The notes: generated from the sequence alone by a model not told the origin. DNA of 64,000 nucleotides from an uncultured Granulosicoccaceae bacterium (GCA_937998875.1 CALLBO010000071.1:8087-72086); one strand, 5' to 3'. Counted from the stretch's first letter, positions 46,776 through 57,605 are shown. Numbers and translations: made by a program.

Positions 46776-48162
46776 AAGCCGTCCACTGTCTCGATATAAA
46801 TGGTGATTCGCCGCCTGCGTCTCTTCACTGCTATTGACGCTATATGATTTTAAACATCCACTGTGCATGGGTTCTCCTTATACACTGACCAAGTTTTCAA
46901 TGACCGCTATTTATTAGTTTCTCCTAACAACATTATTATAGGGTCGCACCCACGAGTAACTGATTGTGCTGAGGTAAACTAGTGTCAATGCACGAGCTGT
47001 TTTTTGCTGGATTTCTGTATCTATTGTTTCAATTTTGCTGCATTCATACTTCAGGAGAACGACATTGTTAAATTCCATTTCATAAGCAAAACACAGGTCG
47101 ATTGCAATAGCCTATTACGAACGGAAATACAAAGACAGGGGAAACCACTGTAGGCCAGTGTTATTGGACTTTACCAGGAATGTCACTCCAGAAAATTTTG
47201 AAAATCCTTGTGAACTGACTAATTACCCAAGGTCCTTATGGAGTGTTATTTGCCTGTTGTGCTTTGAGTTGATTGCGGAGGCTACCAGTTAAGCTGCATT
47301 GAGAAAGATGCTTTCACGTAATGAATACAGCTACCGAGACAAGCCCTTTAAGGTAAAAGAACGTTGGTGTCGCCCAGAGCATTGTTGTAACAATCAATAC
47401 TCTCATCAATCTCTGAAGTGCACATCTCTTCTGTAAAGGTCCGGATACCCCAACTCGAACTAAAGCTGATTTCAGCATTATCTATTCTCAACCTTGCATT
47501 ATCGCCTGAACGGCAAAACCATTGAATCGCACCACAGTTTTTAGAAGCGTTTACTCCATCCAGTATTGTGACGTGATTGAATACCTTATCCCCTCTCCCC
47601 TCCAGACCCCATCCCAGCCGCGCTGGCTGGAATTACTGCCCCCCCTTTAACACCGGGTTTTCTAAACTTCCAATGGCGCTAAAGCCACCGTCGACGCTAA
47701 TAGTGGACTCGGGCGCATTTCAATTTCAGTACCGGGTTCAATCTGAAGTGAGCCATCGGCCACGCTTACCTCACAAACGCACGCACGGGCGAGTAACAGG
47801 CTGCTGCATCGTCGCTACAGCACGCCACGGCGCCGCCCGGTGTTGCGAGCCTGAAAAAGAAATTCAAGCATTCGACGCCGCTAACCCCACCACGAAGTGC
47901 AATTCACATTGAGGCTATATGTATGACAATGGGAATTTATTCTCATTGACACTACAGATTTTTCTCCGTAGAGTTCTAATTACAGTATCAGAGGGTATTT
48001 TTTCCCTTTATTTCTGCTGTAGTTGTGATTGCAACTACCGGGATGGACTGAATCTTTTGCTACCCGGTCGCACCGCAGACCAGTCGGCGTGGCGCACCGA
48101 CTAAGAACGCAGGCTAACGGCATTGACTACCCAATAGTCAGCCAAAGGAGAGGAGCTTCACC

Positions 48163-48534
48163 ATGGCATCATCAAATCCACTATCTATTGACCAACTTGA
48201 ACAGTTGGCAACACCCGCGAAAACCAACTACTTTGATCCGACTTTACAAAATCCAGTTAAGGAAAAGCGGGTCGACAGCGAAGGTAGATCATGGTGGGCA
48301 GTCATGTTTGGGCCTCTCTACCGATTGTTTCACGCAGTGCAACAACATCGGCAGGAACGGGAAACCTGCCTTTATTTACTATCGCTTGATGACTGTCACC
48401 TGGATGACATAGGTATTAACCGCGCCGATGTTGTATGGGCAATGCGTCAGCACAATCCCCTGTTGAGTGCATCTGCAGAACTCAATAAGTTGGTTCACGG
48501 AGATCGCAGGTCCGGTCCATCACCAAAAAAATAA
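48163..48534 (+). CDS. DUF1127-domain protein (unusually long)
   Basis: Strong RBS AAAGGAGAGGAG. The C-terminal LLSLDDCHLDDIGINRADV matches the DUF1127 signature. Confidence 0.7.
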   Translation: MASSNPLSIDQLEQLATPAKTNYFDPTLQNPVKEKRVDSEGRSWWAVMFGPLYRLFHAVQQHRQERETCLYLLSLDDCHLDDIGINRADVVWAMRQHNPLLSASAELNKLVHGDRRSGPSPKK

Positions 48535-48794
48535 AAAGAACCGGACACGCTTAGGTGTCATTGCAAGTGATTAATACTCACTCCTCCGATAACCGCGGCA
48601 AGCGTGAAGCAGAAGCGATGTATGAAGATCTTTAGCTGCCAGCGTCGGCGTACGCTGTGCAGTGTCGAAGCCCCAATTCTGCATTGAAAGGCGCAAACAA
48701 TATTGCAACTCGCTATCCAGTAGAAATTTTCAGTGTTTTTCGCGACTTTGCAGCAACTGCTTTTGGATGTTAATAGCCTGCATGTCGCTATACA

Positions 48795-49190
48795 TCACAG
48801 CAAACTCTCTTCCGGTATTGCACCCCAGAATATTAAAATATTCCCATCTAAATCCACTACATCCAATTGAAAAAGATTTCTCTCCCAGACGACTTCGAAT
48901 GGAGGTGCAGTAACTTTTGCTCCCCGGCGTTTAAATTCACAGTGCAAATCTCCAAGTCGCTCCTTCTGATTAAGTGTCATGCTGAGAACGGCAGGTACCG
49001 AAGACTTCGGGATGACACTGTGAGAATCCAACAGTATTTCCAACCCGTTCCGACCTACTTGCGCGATAACAGGAATATCTGAGGGATGACTCCACATTTT
49101 AGTAAAGCCAAGTTGTTCGCAGTAATATCGAATGCTAGCCGATACATCACGAACCGTTAAAACTGGCCGGGCGTAGAATTCTGCAGGCAT
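48795..49190 (-). CDS. glyoxalase/bleomycin-resistance (VOC) family protein
   Basis: 131 aa. Contains PVLTVRDVSASIRYYCEQLGF and paired beta-alpha-beta-beta-beta modules. Confidence 0.8.
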   Translation of the reverse strand: MPAEFYARPVLTVRDVSASIRYYCEQLGFTKMWSHPSDIPVIAQVGRNGLEILLDSHSVIPKSSVPAVLSMTLNQKERLGDLHCEFKRRGAKVTAPPFEVVWERNLFQLDVVDLDGNILIFWGAIPEESLL

Positions 49191-49476
49191 TTATCAATCA
49201 CTCGCGCTCTGATTATCCATAGTCACATACATCGTGTTACAAGCCAGCTTCTCTACAATTTGCTCAGATACTTTGAGCAGTGGTAGAGGTGAACTGTTAA
49301 TTTTTACGCATCTCTCGAGACAAAAGAAATCGCCAGAACTATTCGCAACGTGATTCTGATCAACCACGATAAGATGTCTTCCGGATTACTCAATATCACG
49401 TTCCTCTTCAGCTTGCGCGTTGTCGAGCAACTCCACAATAAACGCCTCATTTTTTCAATCAGATGGCTACAACACG

Positions 49477-50658
49477 TTAACTCTCATCACATCGCTTCAC
49501 TCCAAGCAGATTGGATGCAAAAAACAGCATCAACATTACAACCGGGAACACAGCAAGCAGACGAACTGCTGCTCTCAGTCCTATCCAGTCGCCAATACTG
49601 CCTATTGCATAAGGAATCACTAACAGAGCTACTCCCACAGCAAGTGTGGCACCTCTGGTTACATCCGTCGCGCGCGTGGGCACCTTCTCATTCGCCAATG
49701 CCAGAATCAGCGGAAAAAAATTACCCAGACATGCACCACTAATGAAAAGCGCACCAATCGTGATTTTATGGTTCACCGCCTCTGCAAGAACAACTACAGA
49801 GAAGCCACCCATCGTAATAATTGCTACCAGAATGGCACGTAGTGAAAACATCAGGAGTAACCTACTCGCGACTACCCGCCCGAAAATTGTTCCACCAAAA
49901 AATATAGACATTGATGTAACAGCTTCCTCCGTGCTTACCGATAGCGCTGACTCCAGAAACAGCGCCCCCCAAAATCCAATACCCCATTCGGTTGCTATTC
50001 CAAATAGAATCATACTAAGGACAACAAGGACTGCTAAAGGCAATCCTCTATCCGGGCTATGACTTGCTGAAATTTCGTTTGATACTTGCGTATGGAAATT
50101 CTTTTCTGCTGAAAATATGGCGTTAATCAGTAACAACGCCACAAATGGTAAAGCTAAAGCACCTTGCCAACCGATACCGTGCCCTGCAGAGAACCCAATT
50201 GTCAGCGGACCGAGGCACACACCAATTGCTGCGAGTACATTAGCCTCTACCAATGCGACAGGTCGATGAGACTGATGATGCATTGAAAGCTTCGACAGCA
50301 CTAAAATTTGTACGGTGCCTCCAGTGAGTCCAAGTAATAAAGCCAGGCCCAGAGTTACCACGACAAAAGTGGTGCTAACGGCAAACAACAATATCGCGGC
50401 GACCATAGCGAACGCTGATGATTTTAGCGTTGATGTTAGCCCAGGATTTACCGCGAAACATTTTACAACACGCACAGACACGATAAGCCCAAGTGCATAA
50501 ATGGAAAAGTGCCATCCAATTTCAATAGCACTAAGATTCATCGCGTCTCTAATGAACGGCAGCACCGAACCCAAAAGAGACTGCTTAAATCCAACCAATG
50601 CCAATATCAGGTACAGGTAAACTGTATACCGGTCGCGCTGGAACGTGGCTGTATACAC
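49477..50658 (-). CDS. MFS transporter
   Basis: 393 aa with a 12-TM profile. Confidence 0.8.
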   Translation of the reverse strand: MYTATFQRDRYTVYLYLILALVGFKQSLLGSVLPFIRDAMNLSAIEIGWHFSIYALGLIVSVRVVKCFAVNPGLTSTLKSSAFAMVAAILLFAVSTTFVVVTLGLALLLGLTGGTVQILVLSKLSMHHQSHRPVALVEANVLAAIGVCLGPLTIGFSAGHGIGWQGALALPFVALLLINAIFSAEKNFHTQVSNEISASHSPDRGLPLAVLVVLSMILFGIATEWGIGFWGALFLESALSVSTEEAVTSMSIFFGGTIFGRVVASRLLLMFSLRAILVAIITMGGFSVVVLAEAVNHKITIGALFISGACLGNFFPLILALANEKVPTRATDVTRGATLAVGVALLVIPYAIGSIGDWIGLRAAVRLLAVFPVVMLMLFFASNLLGVKRCDES

Positions 50659-50741
50659 GTTAAATGTCTTCGTAACAGTGGTTGGCGACTAACAGGTAAG
50701 TACCATCTTGAATAGGCCCTGCATTACAGCAGATCATAAAA

Positions 50742-51506
50742 TCAAGACCTGCCTGATACATGAACATCAAGTCCTAACTTGCGAATGCTTTTTGAAAAAC
50801 CCTTCGATGCACCACTATCCAGAACAATGGCGGAAGCACTGTCTACCGGCATAATGACATAAGGGGATGCTACTTCCAGCTTCTCGCAAGATGCCATCAC
50901 TACGGTATCTGCAGCACGACTACTTAAAGCTTTTTTTATATGCGCCTCTTCAAAATCACCAGTCGTTAACCCTGCACTCACGTCTACACCGGTAACGCCC
51001 ATGAAGAAAGTATCAGCATGAAAGTGCGATACAGCCTCCACGGCCGCTGCACCGACGTTTACCATTGAATGACGGAACAGCACACCCCCAATCATTATCA
51101 CCGTAATTGCTGGAAGAGAGCTGAGTGCTACCGCAATCGTAGGACTGTGGGTGATTACTGTATTACGCTGATCAACGGACAGATTGCTGACTAGCTGCAG
51201 CGCGGTTGTTCCGCCATCAATTATCACGACTTGCTCCGGCTTAATCAGCCTGGCAGCGGCCATCCCCACTTCACTTTTGGACTTTGCCGAGATGTTCTTT
51301 CGAGCATCTAAATCCGCATCAGCTTCAGACTTCGGCAAAGCGCCACCGTGCACTCGCTGCAGCTTGCCCGCTGCCGCTAGCTCACGGAGATCCCGCCTGA
51401 TCGTATCGTTCGATATTCCCAGCTCTGCCGCGGCCTGCCTTGCCTCGATCTTTCCTTCCTGTTTAAGCCGTTGGAGCAGGAGTCTCTTTCGTTCAGTTGT
51501 CAGCAT
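50742..51506 (-). CDS. DeoR/GlpR-family transcriptional regulator
   Basis: N-terminal HTH (ERKRLLLQRLKQEGKI...SNDTIRRDLRELA) plus a DeoR C-terminal sensor domain. Confidence 0.85.
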   Translation of the reverse strand: MLTTERKRLLLQRLKQEGKIEARQAAAELGISNDTIRRDLRELAAAGKLQRVHGGALPKSEADADLDARKNISAKSKSEVGMAAARLIKPEQVVIIDGGTTALQLVSNLSVDQRNTVITHSPTIAVALSSLPAITVIMIGGVLFRHSMVNVGAAAVEAVSHFHADTFFMGVTGVDVSAGLTTGDFEEAHIKKALSSRAADTVVMASCEKLEVASPYVIMPVDSASAIVLDSGASKGFSKSIRKLGLDVHVSGRS

Positions 51507-51645
51507 ACAACTTAGACTACACGATAAAACGCGTTTTTGCACGTTTTTGCACGTTTGAATTCACTGAGTCTGACCAGCTGCGCCCGCTGCCCCAGCCATA
51601 GCTAAGCCGGGAGGCCGGGGATTGTCCAATCCGTTTTTTCGAGTT

Positions 51646-52572
51646 TCAAACCGAACCGGATCTGCCTTTAAACTTATCTAACAGTCTGCCATCAGTAATA
51701 GCTAAGCCGACGGCAATAATTCCAAACCCCAATATCGCTTCGAATCCGAGCTTTTCATCAAGAAACACAATCCCCAAAGCTACGGCGACCGGAGGTATCA
51801 ATAGCGTTACCAACATCAGGTTCGCAGAACCGGCTCGCACAAGGATCCTGAAATACAAAAGATAAGCGAATGCGGTTGAAAAAATTGCCACAGCGATTAG
51901 AGATGCCCAGACCTCAGCAGCCAGACTCATCACCGGCATGCCATCACTAACGACTGCAACGGGTATCATCAAAATAGTGCTTCCAACCAACATCCCGAAG
52001 GCGTTCATGATAGGTGGATAACCTGAAAGAAAACGTTTACCCCACACCCCGGCAAACGAATATGACAACGCAGCACCCATTACCGCAAGCTGACCCAGAT
52101 TCTGTAAATTGAAATTCGTAAGCGCCTCCACTCCCATGATGACCGCCACACCAAACACACCGAACAACGCGCCAATGATTTTTCGTGATGTTAGTGGTTC
52201 ATCCACGAGCAACAAACCCGCTACAACAGCACCAAACACGGCCGTTGTACCATTCAAAATAGAGGCGAGACCGCTGCTGATACTCGTCTGTCCCCAGAAT
52301 ATCAGTGAAAAAGGAATAGCGTTATTTAACGCTCCCATCATCAGATAGCAGATCCACGCTTGAATCGTTTTAGGTATTTCAATACCTTGCCACCAAACAA
52401 CCAGCGCCAGCACCGGAACAGCCCAGAAAACACGATGAAGTACAATCGTCAACGGTGGTACTTCCCGCAACGCAACCTCTGCAAAAAAGAATGACCCGCC
52501 CCAGACAGTCGCCAGCGCGAGTAACAGCAGTGCTGCAGTCAGGTCAATCGTCGGTGTTTGAGGTTGTGACAT
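51646..52572 (-). CDS. DMT-superfamily (EamA-type) transporter
   Basis: 308 aa with 10 TM helices in two EamA halves. Confidence 0.85.
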   Translation of the reverse strand: MSQPQTPTIDLTAALLLLALATVWGGSFFFAEVALREVPPLTIVLHRVFWAVPVLALVVWWQGIEIPKTIQAWICYLMMGALNNAIPFSLIFWGQTSISSGLASILNGTTAVFGAVVAGLLLVDEPLTSRKIIGALFGVFGVAVIMGVEALTNFNLQNLGQLAVMGAALSYSFAGVWGKRFLSGYPPIMNAFGMLVGSTILMIPVAVVSDGMPVMSLAAEVWASLIAVAIFSTAFAYLLYFRILVRAGSANLMLVTLLIPPVAVALGIVFLDEKLGFEAILGFGIIAVGLAITDGRLLDKFKGRSGSV

Positions 52573-52910
52573 TTAAGTATCGATTATTGATGCCTTCAGA
52601 GCACCCATATAGAAGCATTCCAAAATTTTACATAACTCTGTAACCTGTAACTGACTTTGTTACGGCTCACCTCCACCATACTATTGATCAAAGGTGCGGC
52701 TGAATTAGTTCAGAGTGTTCTACACATATTTAGATTCAATAGCGAATATTTTCCCAGGGGACCTCACAACATTCCGTGCTTATCTAGGATTTTCCATTTA
52801 ATATCTGTCGCCGGTGCATCGGCCATTTGTAACTGCCAGATCAAACGCACCCCGAAAAAACCATCTGCCAGACGATGGCTGTTCGGCGTCACTTACTGCG
52901 GAGTCAGTCT

Positions 52911-53522
52911 ATGCCATCAATGATTGTCTACTACGCTCATCCTGGCCATCGGCACTCGACGGTAAACGCTGCGATGCAGTCCGGACTGGATGCACTCAGC
53001 AATCTCACGCGAGTTGATCTGTATCACGAATATCCGCGCCACAACATCAATATAGAAACAGAGCAAAACAGACTGCTCGAGCACGACATTATCGTATTTC
53101 AGTTTCCTTTTTTCTGGTACTCCACTCCCTCGATACTTAAAGAGTGGCAGGACCTGGTACTTGAATACGGATTTGCTTACGGACCCGGAGGTGACAAACT
53201 TGCCGGCAAAACGATTTTAGCGGCCACAAGTACCGGTGGCGAAGTACAGGACTATAGCCTGGAAGGTAAGCACCAAACCGACATACGCGGGTTATTGAAA
53301 CCACTGGAATGTACTGCGCGTCTTTGCCAAATAAACTTTGCAGCCCCTTATGTTTTGTTCAACGCGTTGTCGAAAGACAATGCTACTGAAAAGCAATCCC
53401 ACATTGATGGTTACGTAAAGCTATTGTCCACGCTACAAAGCGGCGCATTGCCTGTTGACCAGATAATTTCAAATAATACGCTTGGCTGGAGAGATGTAGA
53501 CCAGTTAATGGAGACAAAATGA
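52911..53522 (+). CDS. kefG: KefG/KefF-type ancillary flavodoxin-like quinone oxidoreductase
   Basis: Contains IVYYAHPGHRHSTVN...IVFQFPFFWYSTPSILKEWQDLVLEYGFAYG. ATGA overlap with the next gene. Confidence 0.8.
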   Translation: MPSMIVYYAHPGHRHSTVNAAMQSGLDALSNLTRVDLYHEYPRHNINIETEQNRLLEHDIIVFQFPFFWYSTPSILKEWQDLVLEYGFAYGPGGDKLAGKTILAATSTGGEVQDYSLEGKHQTDIRGLLKPLECTARLCQINFAAPYVLFNALSKDNATEKQSHIDGYVKLLSTLQSGALPVDQIISNNTLGWRDVDQLMETK

Positions 53523-55495
53523 CAAGCCTGCTGTTAGTTGCTTTTCTATTCTTGATAGCCGGAGTAATTGCGGTACCTATCGCATCTCGCTTTGGCCTTG
53601 GCTCTGTGCTCGGCTACCTGCTTGCAGGCATTGCAATTAGCCCGATACTTTATGCACTAAACATAGACGTTATCAGTATTCAGCATATCGCGGAATTTGG
53701 CGTGGTGATGATGCTATTTCTGGTTGGGCTGGAACTGGAACCGCGCATGTTATGGCAAATGAAAACCCGGCTTATCGGTCTTGGTGGTCTGCAGGTATGT
53801 GTGACGACGGCACTGATAACCGGTATTGCTATGCTGTTCGGGTTTTACTGGACCATTGCACTTGCAATCGGCCTGGTGCTCTGTCTTTCTTCAACTGCCA
53901 TTGTTTTACAGTCTTTAAATGAAAAAGGTCTCATGAAGTCCGATGGTGGTCAGGCAGGTTTCTCAGTACTTCTGTTTCAAGACATCGCAGTAATACCAAT
54001 GCTGGCGTTGATACCGTTGCTGGCAATGCCCGAGCTAATGGATACCGCATCATCTGCTGCGGAACATGTCAGTGGCACAGGCTCACACAGTGAAACAGAG
54101 GGTGGTCACGGCGTTGGTGATGAGGCTGATCACGATTCCGGCCACGAATCAGGATTGAGTCTGGTCGAACACCTGCACGGTTGGCAACGCGCTGCCGTGA
54201 CCCTTGGTGCGATTGCAGCAGTAATTGTCTGCGGCTATTTCCTAGTCAGGCCATTGTTTCGCTACATTGCCATGGCTAACCTGCGAGAGATTTTTGTAGC
54301 AACCGCGTTAATGCTGGTGGTTGGCATTGCACTGCTGATGTCACTGGTCGGTCTGTCCCCCGCCCTGGGCACCTTTCTGGCAGGCGTTGTACTCGCCACC
54401 AGCGAATACAGGCATGAACTCGAAAGTGACATCGATCCATTCAAGGGACTATTGCTCGGGCTGTTCTTCATTACGGTTGGTGCGTCTATCAACTTTTCAC
54501 TACTGGGTGAGAATTTGTTATTGATTCTCGGGCTGACAATCGGCTTGATTCTGTTGAAAGCCTTCGTACTACTAGTGCTGTCATTTATATTCAAGGTCAA
54601 TGGCGGTGACCGGTGGCTGTTTTCGCTCAGTCTTGCACAGGCCGGTGAATTCGGCTTTGTGCTGCTCAGCTTCACTGTTGCAAATCAGGTTATTCCTGAA
54701 AGTGTTGCAGATAAACTATTGCTCTGCGTTGCATTATCGATGCTGCTTACACCACTGCTGTTTGTCGCATACGATCGGCTTATTGCACCGAGATTTGTAA
54801 AATCAGATGCCCGGGAGCCCGATACCATCGATGAAAAAGGTAAGGTCATCATCGCGGGCATTGGTCGCTTTGGTGGCGTCATTAACCGAATCCTTAAATC
54901 AGCCGGTCATAACACCGTTGTGGTTGACCACAATGCCGCAAGCCTTGAAACCTTTAGAAAATTTGGCATTCATGCCTACTACGGAGATGCAACCAGACCT
55001 GATCTCCTGCACGCTGCGGGTATAGACGAAGCAGATTTATTGGTTGTGGCTATTGATGACGAATCGCAGATAAACAGCATCGTTCACTACGTGCGCCACA
55101 ACTATCCTGACATTCACATAGTCGCACGGGCTATTTCAAGGCACCATGTGTACGCACTATATGCCGCAGGTGCAAATGACATTATTCGAGATACTTTTGA
55201 TAGCGCCACACGAGCAGGTCGCAGTGCGCTTGAGGCGCTTGGAGTTCATAGTTATGAAGCTGAAAAACTGATAAAGGGGTTTGTTGAGTTCGATCAATAC
55301 GCACTGCGCGAAGTCGCCAGCGTTTTCGATGAAAATATTCCGGCCGGCGAGAACCAAGCGTACATTGATAAAGTAAAATCAATCATGCCCTTACAGGATG
55401 CAGCAATGCAGGGTAAAACAGATATGTTTAGCGGATCTTATGGGCGTGGTTGGATACCACCGGGCAAAACAACAGACCAGGACAGCGAGCAGTGA
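53519..55495 (+). CDS. kefC: glutathione-gated K+ efflux system protein (CPA2 antiporter plus KTN/TrkA-N domain), KefB/KefC-like
   Basis: CPA2 membrane domain, IIAGIGRFGG Rossmann motif, and a kefG partner upstream. Confidence 0.9.
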   Translation: MTSLLLVAFLFLIAGVIAVPIASRFGLGSVLGYLLAGIAISPILYALNIDVISIQHIAEFGVVMMLFLVGLELEPRMLWQMKTRLIGLGGLQVCVTTALITGIAMLFGFYWTIALAIGLVLCLSSTAIVLQSLNEKGLMKSDGGQAGFSVLLFQDIAVIPMLALIPLLAMPELMDTASSAAEHVSGTGSHSETEGGHGVGDEADHDSGHESGLSLVEHLHGWQRAAVTLGAIAAVIVCGYFLVRPLFRYIAMANLREIFVATALMLVVGIALLMSLVGLSPALGTFLAGVVLATSEYRHELESDIDPFKGLLLGLFFITVGASINFSLLGENLLLILGLTIGLILLKAFVLLVLSFIFKVNGGDRWLFSLSLAQAGEFGFVLLSFTVANQVIPESVADKLLLCVALSMLLTPLLFVAYDRLIAPRFVKSDAREPDTIDEKGKVIIAGIGRFGGVINRILKSAGHNTVVVDHNAASLETFRKFGIHAYYGDATRPDLLHAAGIDEADLLVVAIDDESQINSIVHYVRHNYPDIHIVARAISRHHVYALYAAGANDIIRDTFDSATRAGRSALEALGVHSYEAEKLIKGFVEFDQYALREVASVFDENIPAGENQAYIDKVKSIMPLQDAAMQGKTDMFSGSYGRGWIPPGKTTDQDSEQ

Positions 55496-56961
55496 CTCCA
55501 GGCTCGCCCTACACCAAAGGGCCTGTTTTTAAGCACATCAGAGAGCTTGCACTTACATCTGCCGTAGGGTTGTTCGCGATATTTATAGTCGATCTGGTCG
55601 ACATGTTTTTTATATCACTATTAGGTGAACCACAACTGGCCGCCGCAGTCGGGTTTGCGGGACTGGGCCTGTTTCTTGGTGCATCGGTTTGTATCGGTTT
55701 ATCCGTTGCTGTCGCCACACTCGTGTCACAAGCCATCGGCGAATACGGTTCGCAGCACAATAATACTACAAAAGACAACACTGCAGATGAAGACAACAAG
55801 AACCAGCTGGGACCAGAAGCAAAACGACTGGCAACACATGGATTGCTGTACTCACTCTGCTGGACTATTCCTATAACACTACTGACGCTGGTTTACGCAG
55901 AGAAACTGTTACAGCTTTTTGGCGCGCAGGGTGAAGTCCTTGCAATGTCTGCGTCGTACTTCAGAATTGTCGGTGTTACGCTGCCAGTTCTGGGTATCGC
56001 CTTTATCGCCAACAGCCTGCTACGATCAGTTGGTGCTGCCCGCATGTCTATGTGGACGACTCTGTGGGGAGGGATTGTTAACGCCATATTCGATCCGATT
56101 TTTATTTTCGGCTTCGGCCTGGGCCTGACGGGTGCTGCACTTGCCTCTGTGCTTTCACGGTTCACTATTGCAGGGATTGCTCTTTACGACATCACAAAAA
56201 AGTACAATCTTTTCACGATACCGCGATATGGTAAGTTTTATAACGATGTAAAGACATTTAATTCCATTGCACTACCGTCAATCCTGACTAACCTTAGCGC
56301 CCCGTTGAGCTCGGCTTTTGCAACCGCCCAGATGGCAAAGTTCGGTACCGAAGCTGTTGCAGCAGCGTCCGTGATCGGTCGAATAACACCGGTATTGTTT
56401 GCCGGGCTTTACGGTTTAAGCGGCGCCATAGGGCCGGTGGCATCGCAAAATTTTGGTGCCAAAGAGATGCATCGCGTACACGAAACATTATTCGCTGGTG
56501 CACGATTCGTTATCATATATGTAGTGCCTGTGACGATACTGATGTTTTTCCTTCACGAAAAACTCTCAGATATTTTCTCACTGGGAGAATCAGCATCTGA
56601 ATTACTAAGATTCTACTCAGTATTTATCGTCGGCTCCTATCTTTTGTTTGGTTTACAACTGACTGCCAACCCGATGTTTACCGCCCTGCGCCACCCTGGC
56701 TACGGAACCGTAAGCAACATATTTAGAGACCTCGCCATGGCAATACCACTAATAGCACTGTTTTCTTCAATGTACGGCGCTAAAGGGGTTCTGGCAGGTC
56801 AGGCACTGGCCAATGCAATTGCGGGAATAGTGGCGTTCGCCGTAGCACACTGGCTGGCTGGCCGCGTGGAGAACGGTAAATCGATCGACTTAAAGTGGTC
56901 TTCACTACACTTAAACCATCACACGCATGTAATCCCCGGTATCAATCACCGTGGGCACTAG
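55492..56961 (+). CDS. MATE-family efflux transporter
   Basis: 12-TM profile. The candidate GTG start overlaps the kefC TGA (GTGA). Confidence 0.8.
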   Translation: MTPGSPYTKGPVFKHIRELALTSAVGLFAIFIVDLVDMFFISLLGEPQLAAAVGFAGLGLFLGASVCIGLSVAVATLVSQAIGEYGSQHNNTTKDNTADEDNKNQLGPEAKRLATHGLLYSLCWTIPITLLTLVYAEKLLQLFGAQGEVLAMSASYFRIVGVTLPVLGIAFIANSLLRSVGAARMSMWTTLWGGIVNAIFDPIFIFGFGLGLTGAALASVLSRFTIAGIALYDITKKYNLFTIPRYGKFYNDVKTFNSIALPSILTNLSAPLSSAFATAQMAKFGTEAVAAASVIGRITPVLFAGLYGLSGAIGPVASQNFGAKEMHRVHETLFAGARFVIIYVVPVTILMFFLHEKLSDIFSLGESASELLRFYSVFIVGSYLLFGLQLTANPMFTALRHPGYGTVSNIFRDLAMAIPLIALFSSMYGAKGVLAGQALANAIAGIVAFAVAHWLAGRVENGKSIDLKWSSLHLNHHTHVIPGINHRGH

Positions 56962-57042
56962 CCCGAACAATGCCGAGCGATAAAAACAAAAAAACAGGGT
57001 ATGGCTAATCTAACGCTTTTAAATCAAAAAAAAGCGCTTGCC

Positions 57043-57489
57043 TCAGCTGGTCTTAAACTCAGCAGGGTCAAAGCCCGCCCGTTGGTAGTAATCCAGAGCG
57101 CGGGCTTCATCTTTTTCTGTACCCTGCCCTTCCATAAAAATCATACCCAGCGTGGTCCACGCTCCGGCAAGACCACGGGCACCGGCAAGTTCTAATAGCC
57201 GGATCGCTTCACCGGTGTCTTGATCCACCCCTTCGCCATAAAGATAGCAAACACCCAGTGAGTGCTGAGCCAACCCCATTTCTTTGTCAGCAGCACTTTG
57301 TAAAAGCATGGCGGCTTTTTTGGGTTGCGCTATTACCCCGAGGCCGTTTTGCAGCATGATGGCGCAACGGTACTGAGCATCTGCGTTGTCCGCGTCAGAA
57401 AGTGGCTCGAGCAATTGCCAGGCGCGCCTGAACTCCTTGGCCTCAAATGCCGCAATACCACTGGCCAGCTGCATGTCTTCATCGTTCAT
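57043..57489 (-). CDS. Sel1-repeat (SLR) protein
   Basis: Three or four Sel1-like units (AQYRCAIMLQNGLGV..., AQHSLGVCYLYGEGV..., AWTTLGMIFMEGQGT...). Confidence 0.8.
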   Translation of the reverse strand: MNDEDMQLASGIAAFEAKEFRRAWQLLEPLSDADNADAQYRCAIMLQNGLGVIAQPKKAAMLLQSAADKEMGLAQHSLGVCYLYGEGVDQDTGEAIRLLELAGARGLAGAWTTLGMIFMEGQGTEKDEARALDYYQRAGFDPAEFKTS

Positions 57490-57605
57490 TGTTTCTGTTG
57501 ATCCAAAGCCAGTTCATGTGTGAGATAATATCATAGCCCGCAGAGACTGGATGATGGCACGCGGGTGTTTCTAATAGTCTTCTTCATCTTAACCAGTTGC
57601 AACTT

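Noticed and set aside
47729-47750. gggttcaatc, a T-loop-like string suggestive of a tRNA
   Set aside because: The flanking sequence cannot form a T-stem or acceptor stem, and no cloverleaf could be built.
47577-47912. 111-aa plus-strand ORF rich in Pro/Arg/Ser
   Set aside because: Its composition is low-complexity and non-protein-like. It has no RBS, and it lies antisense to the SDR-like remnant. It is probably spurious.
46869-48162. Search for a CRISPR array next to the Cas6-like gene
   Set aside because: No regularly spaced 25-40-nt direct repeats are visible in this stretch or anywhere else in the window.
49200-49376. ~57-codon minus-strand ORF (GTG start) ending just upstream of the glyoxalase-family gene
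   Set aside because: It is below the ORF-track cutoff and has no recognisable motif or RBS. It could be a leader or a remnant, and I cannot support it.
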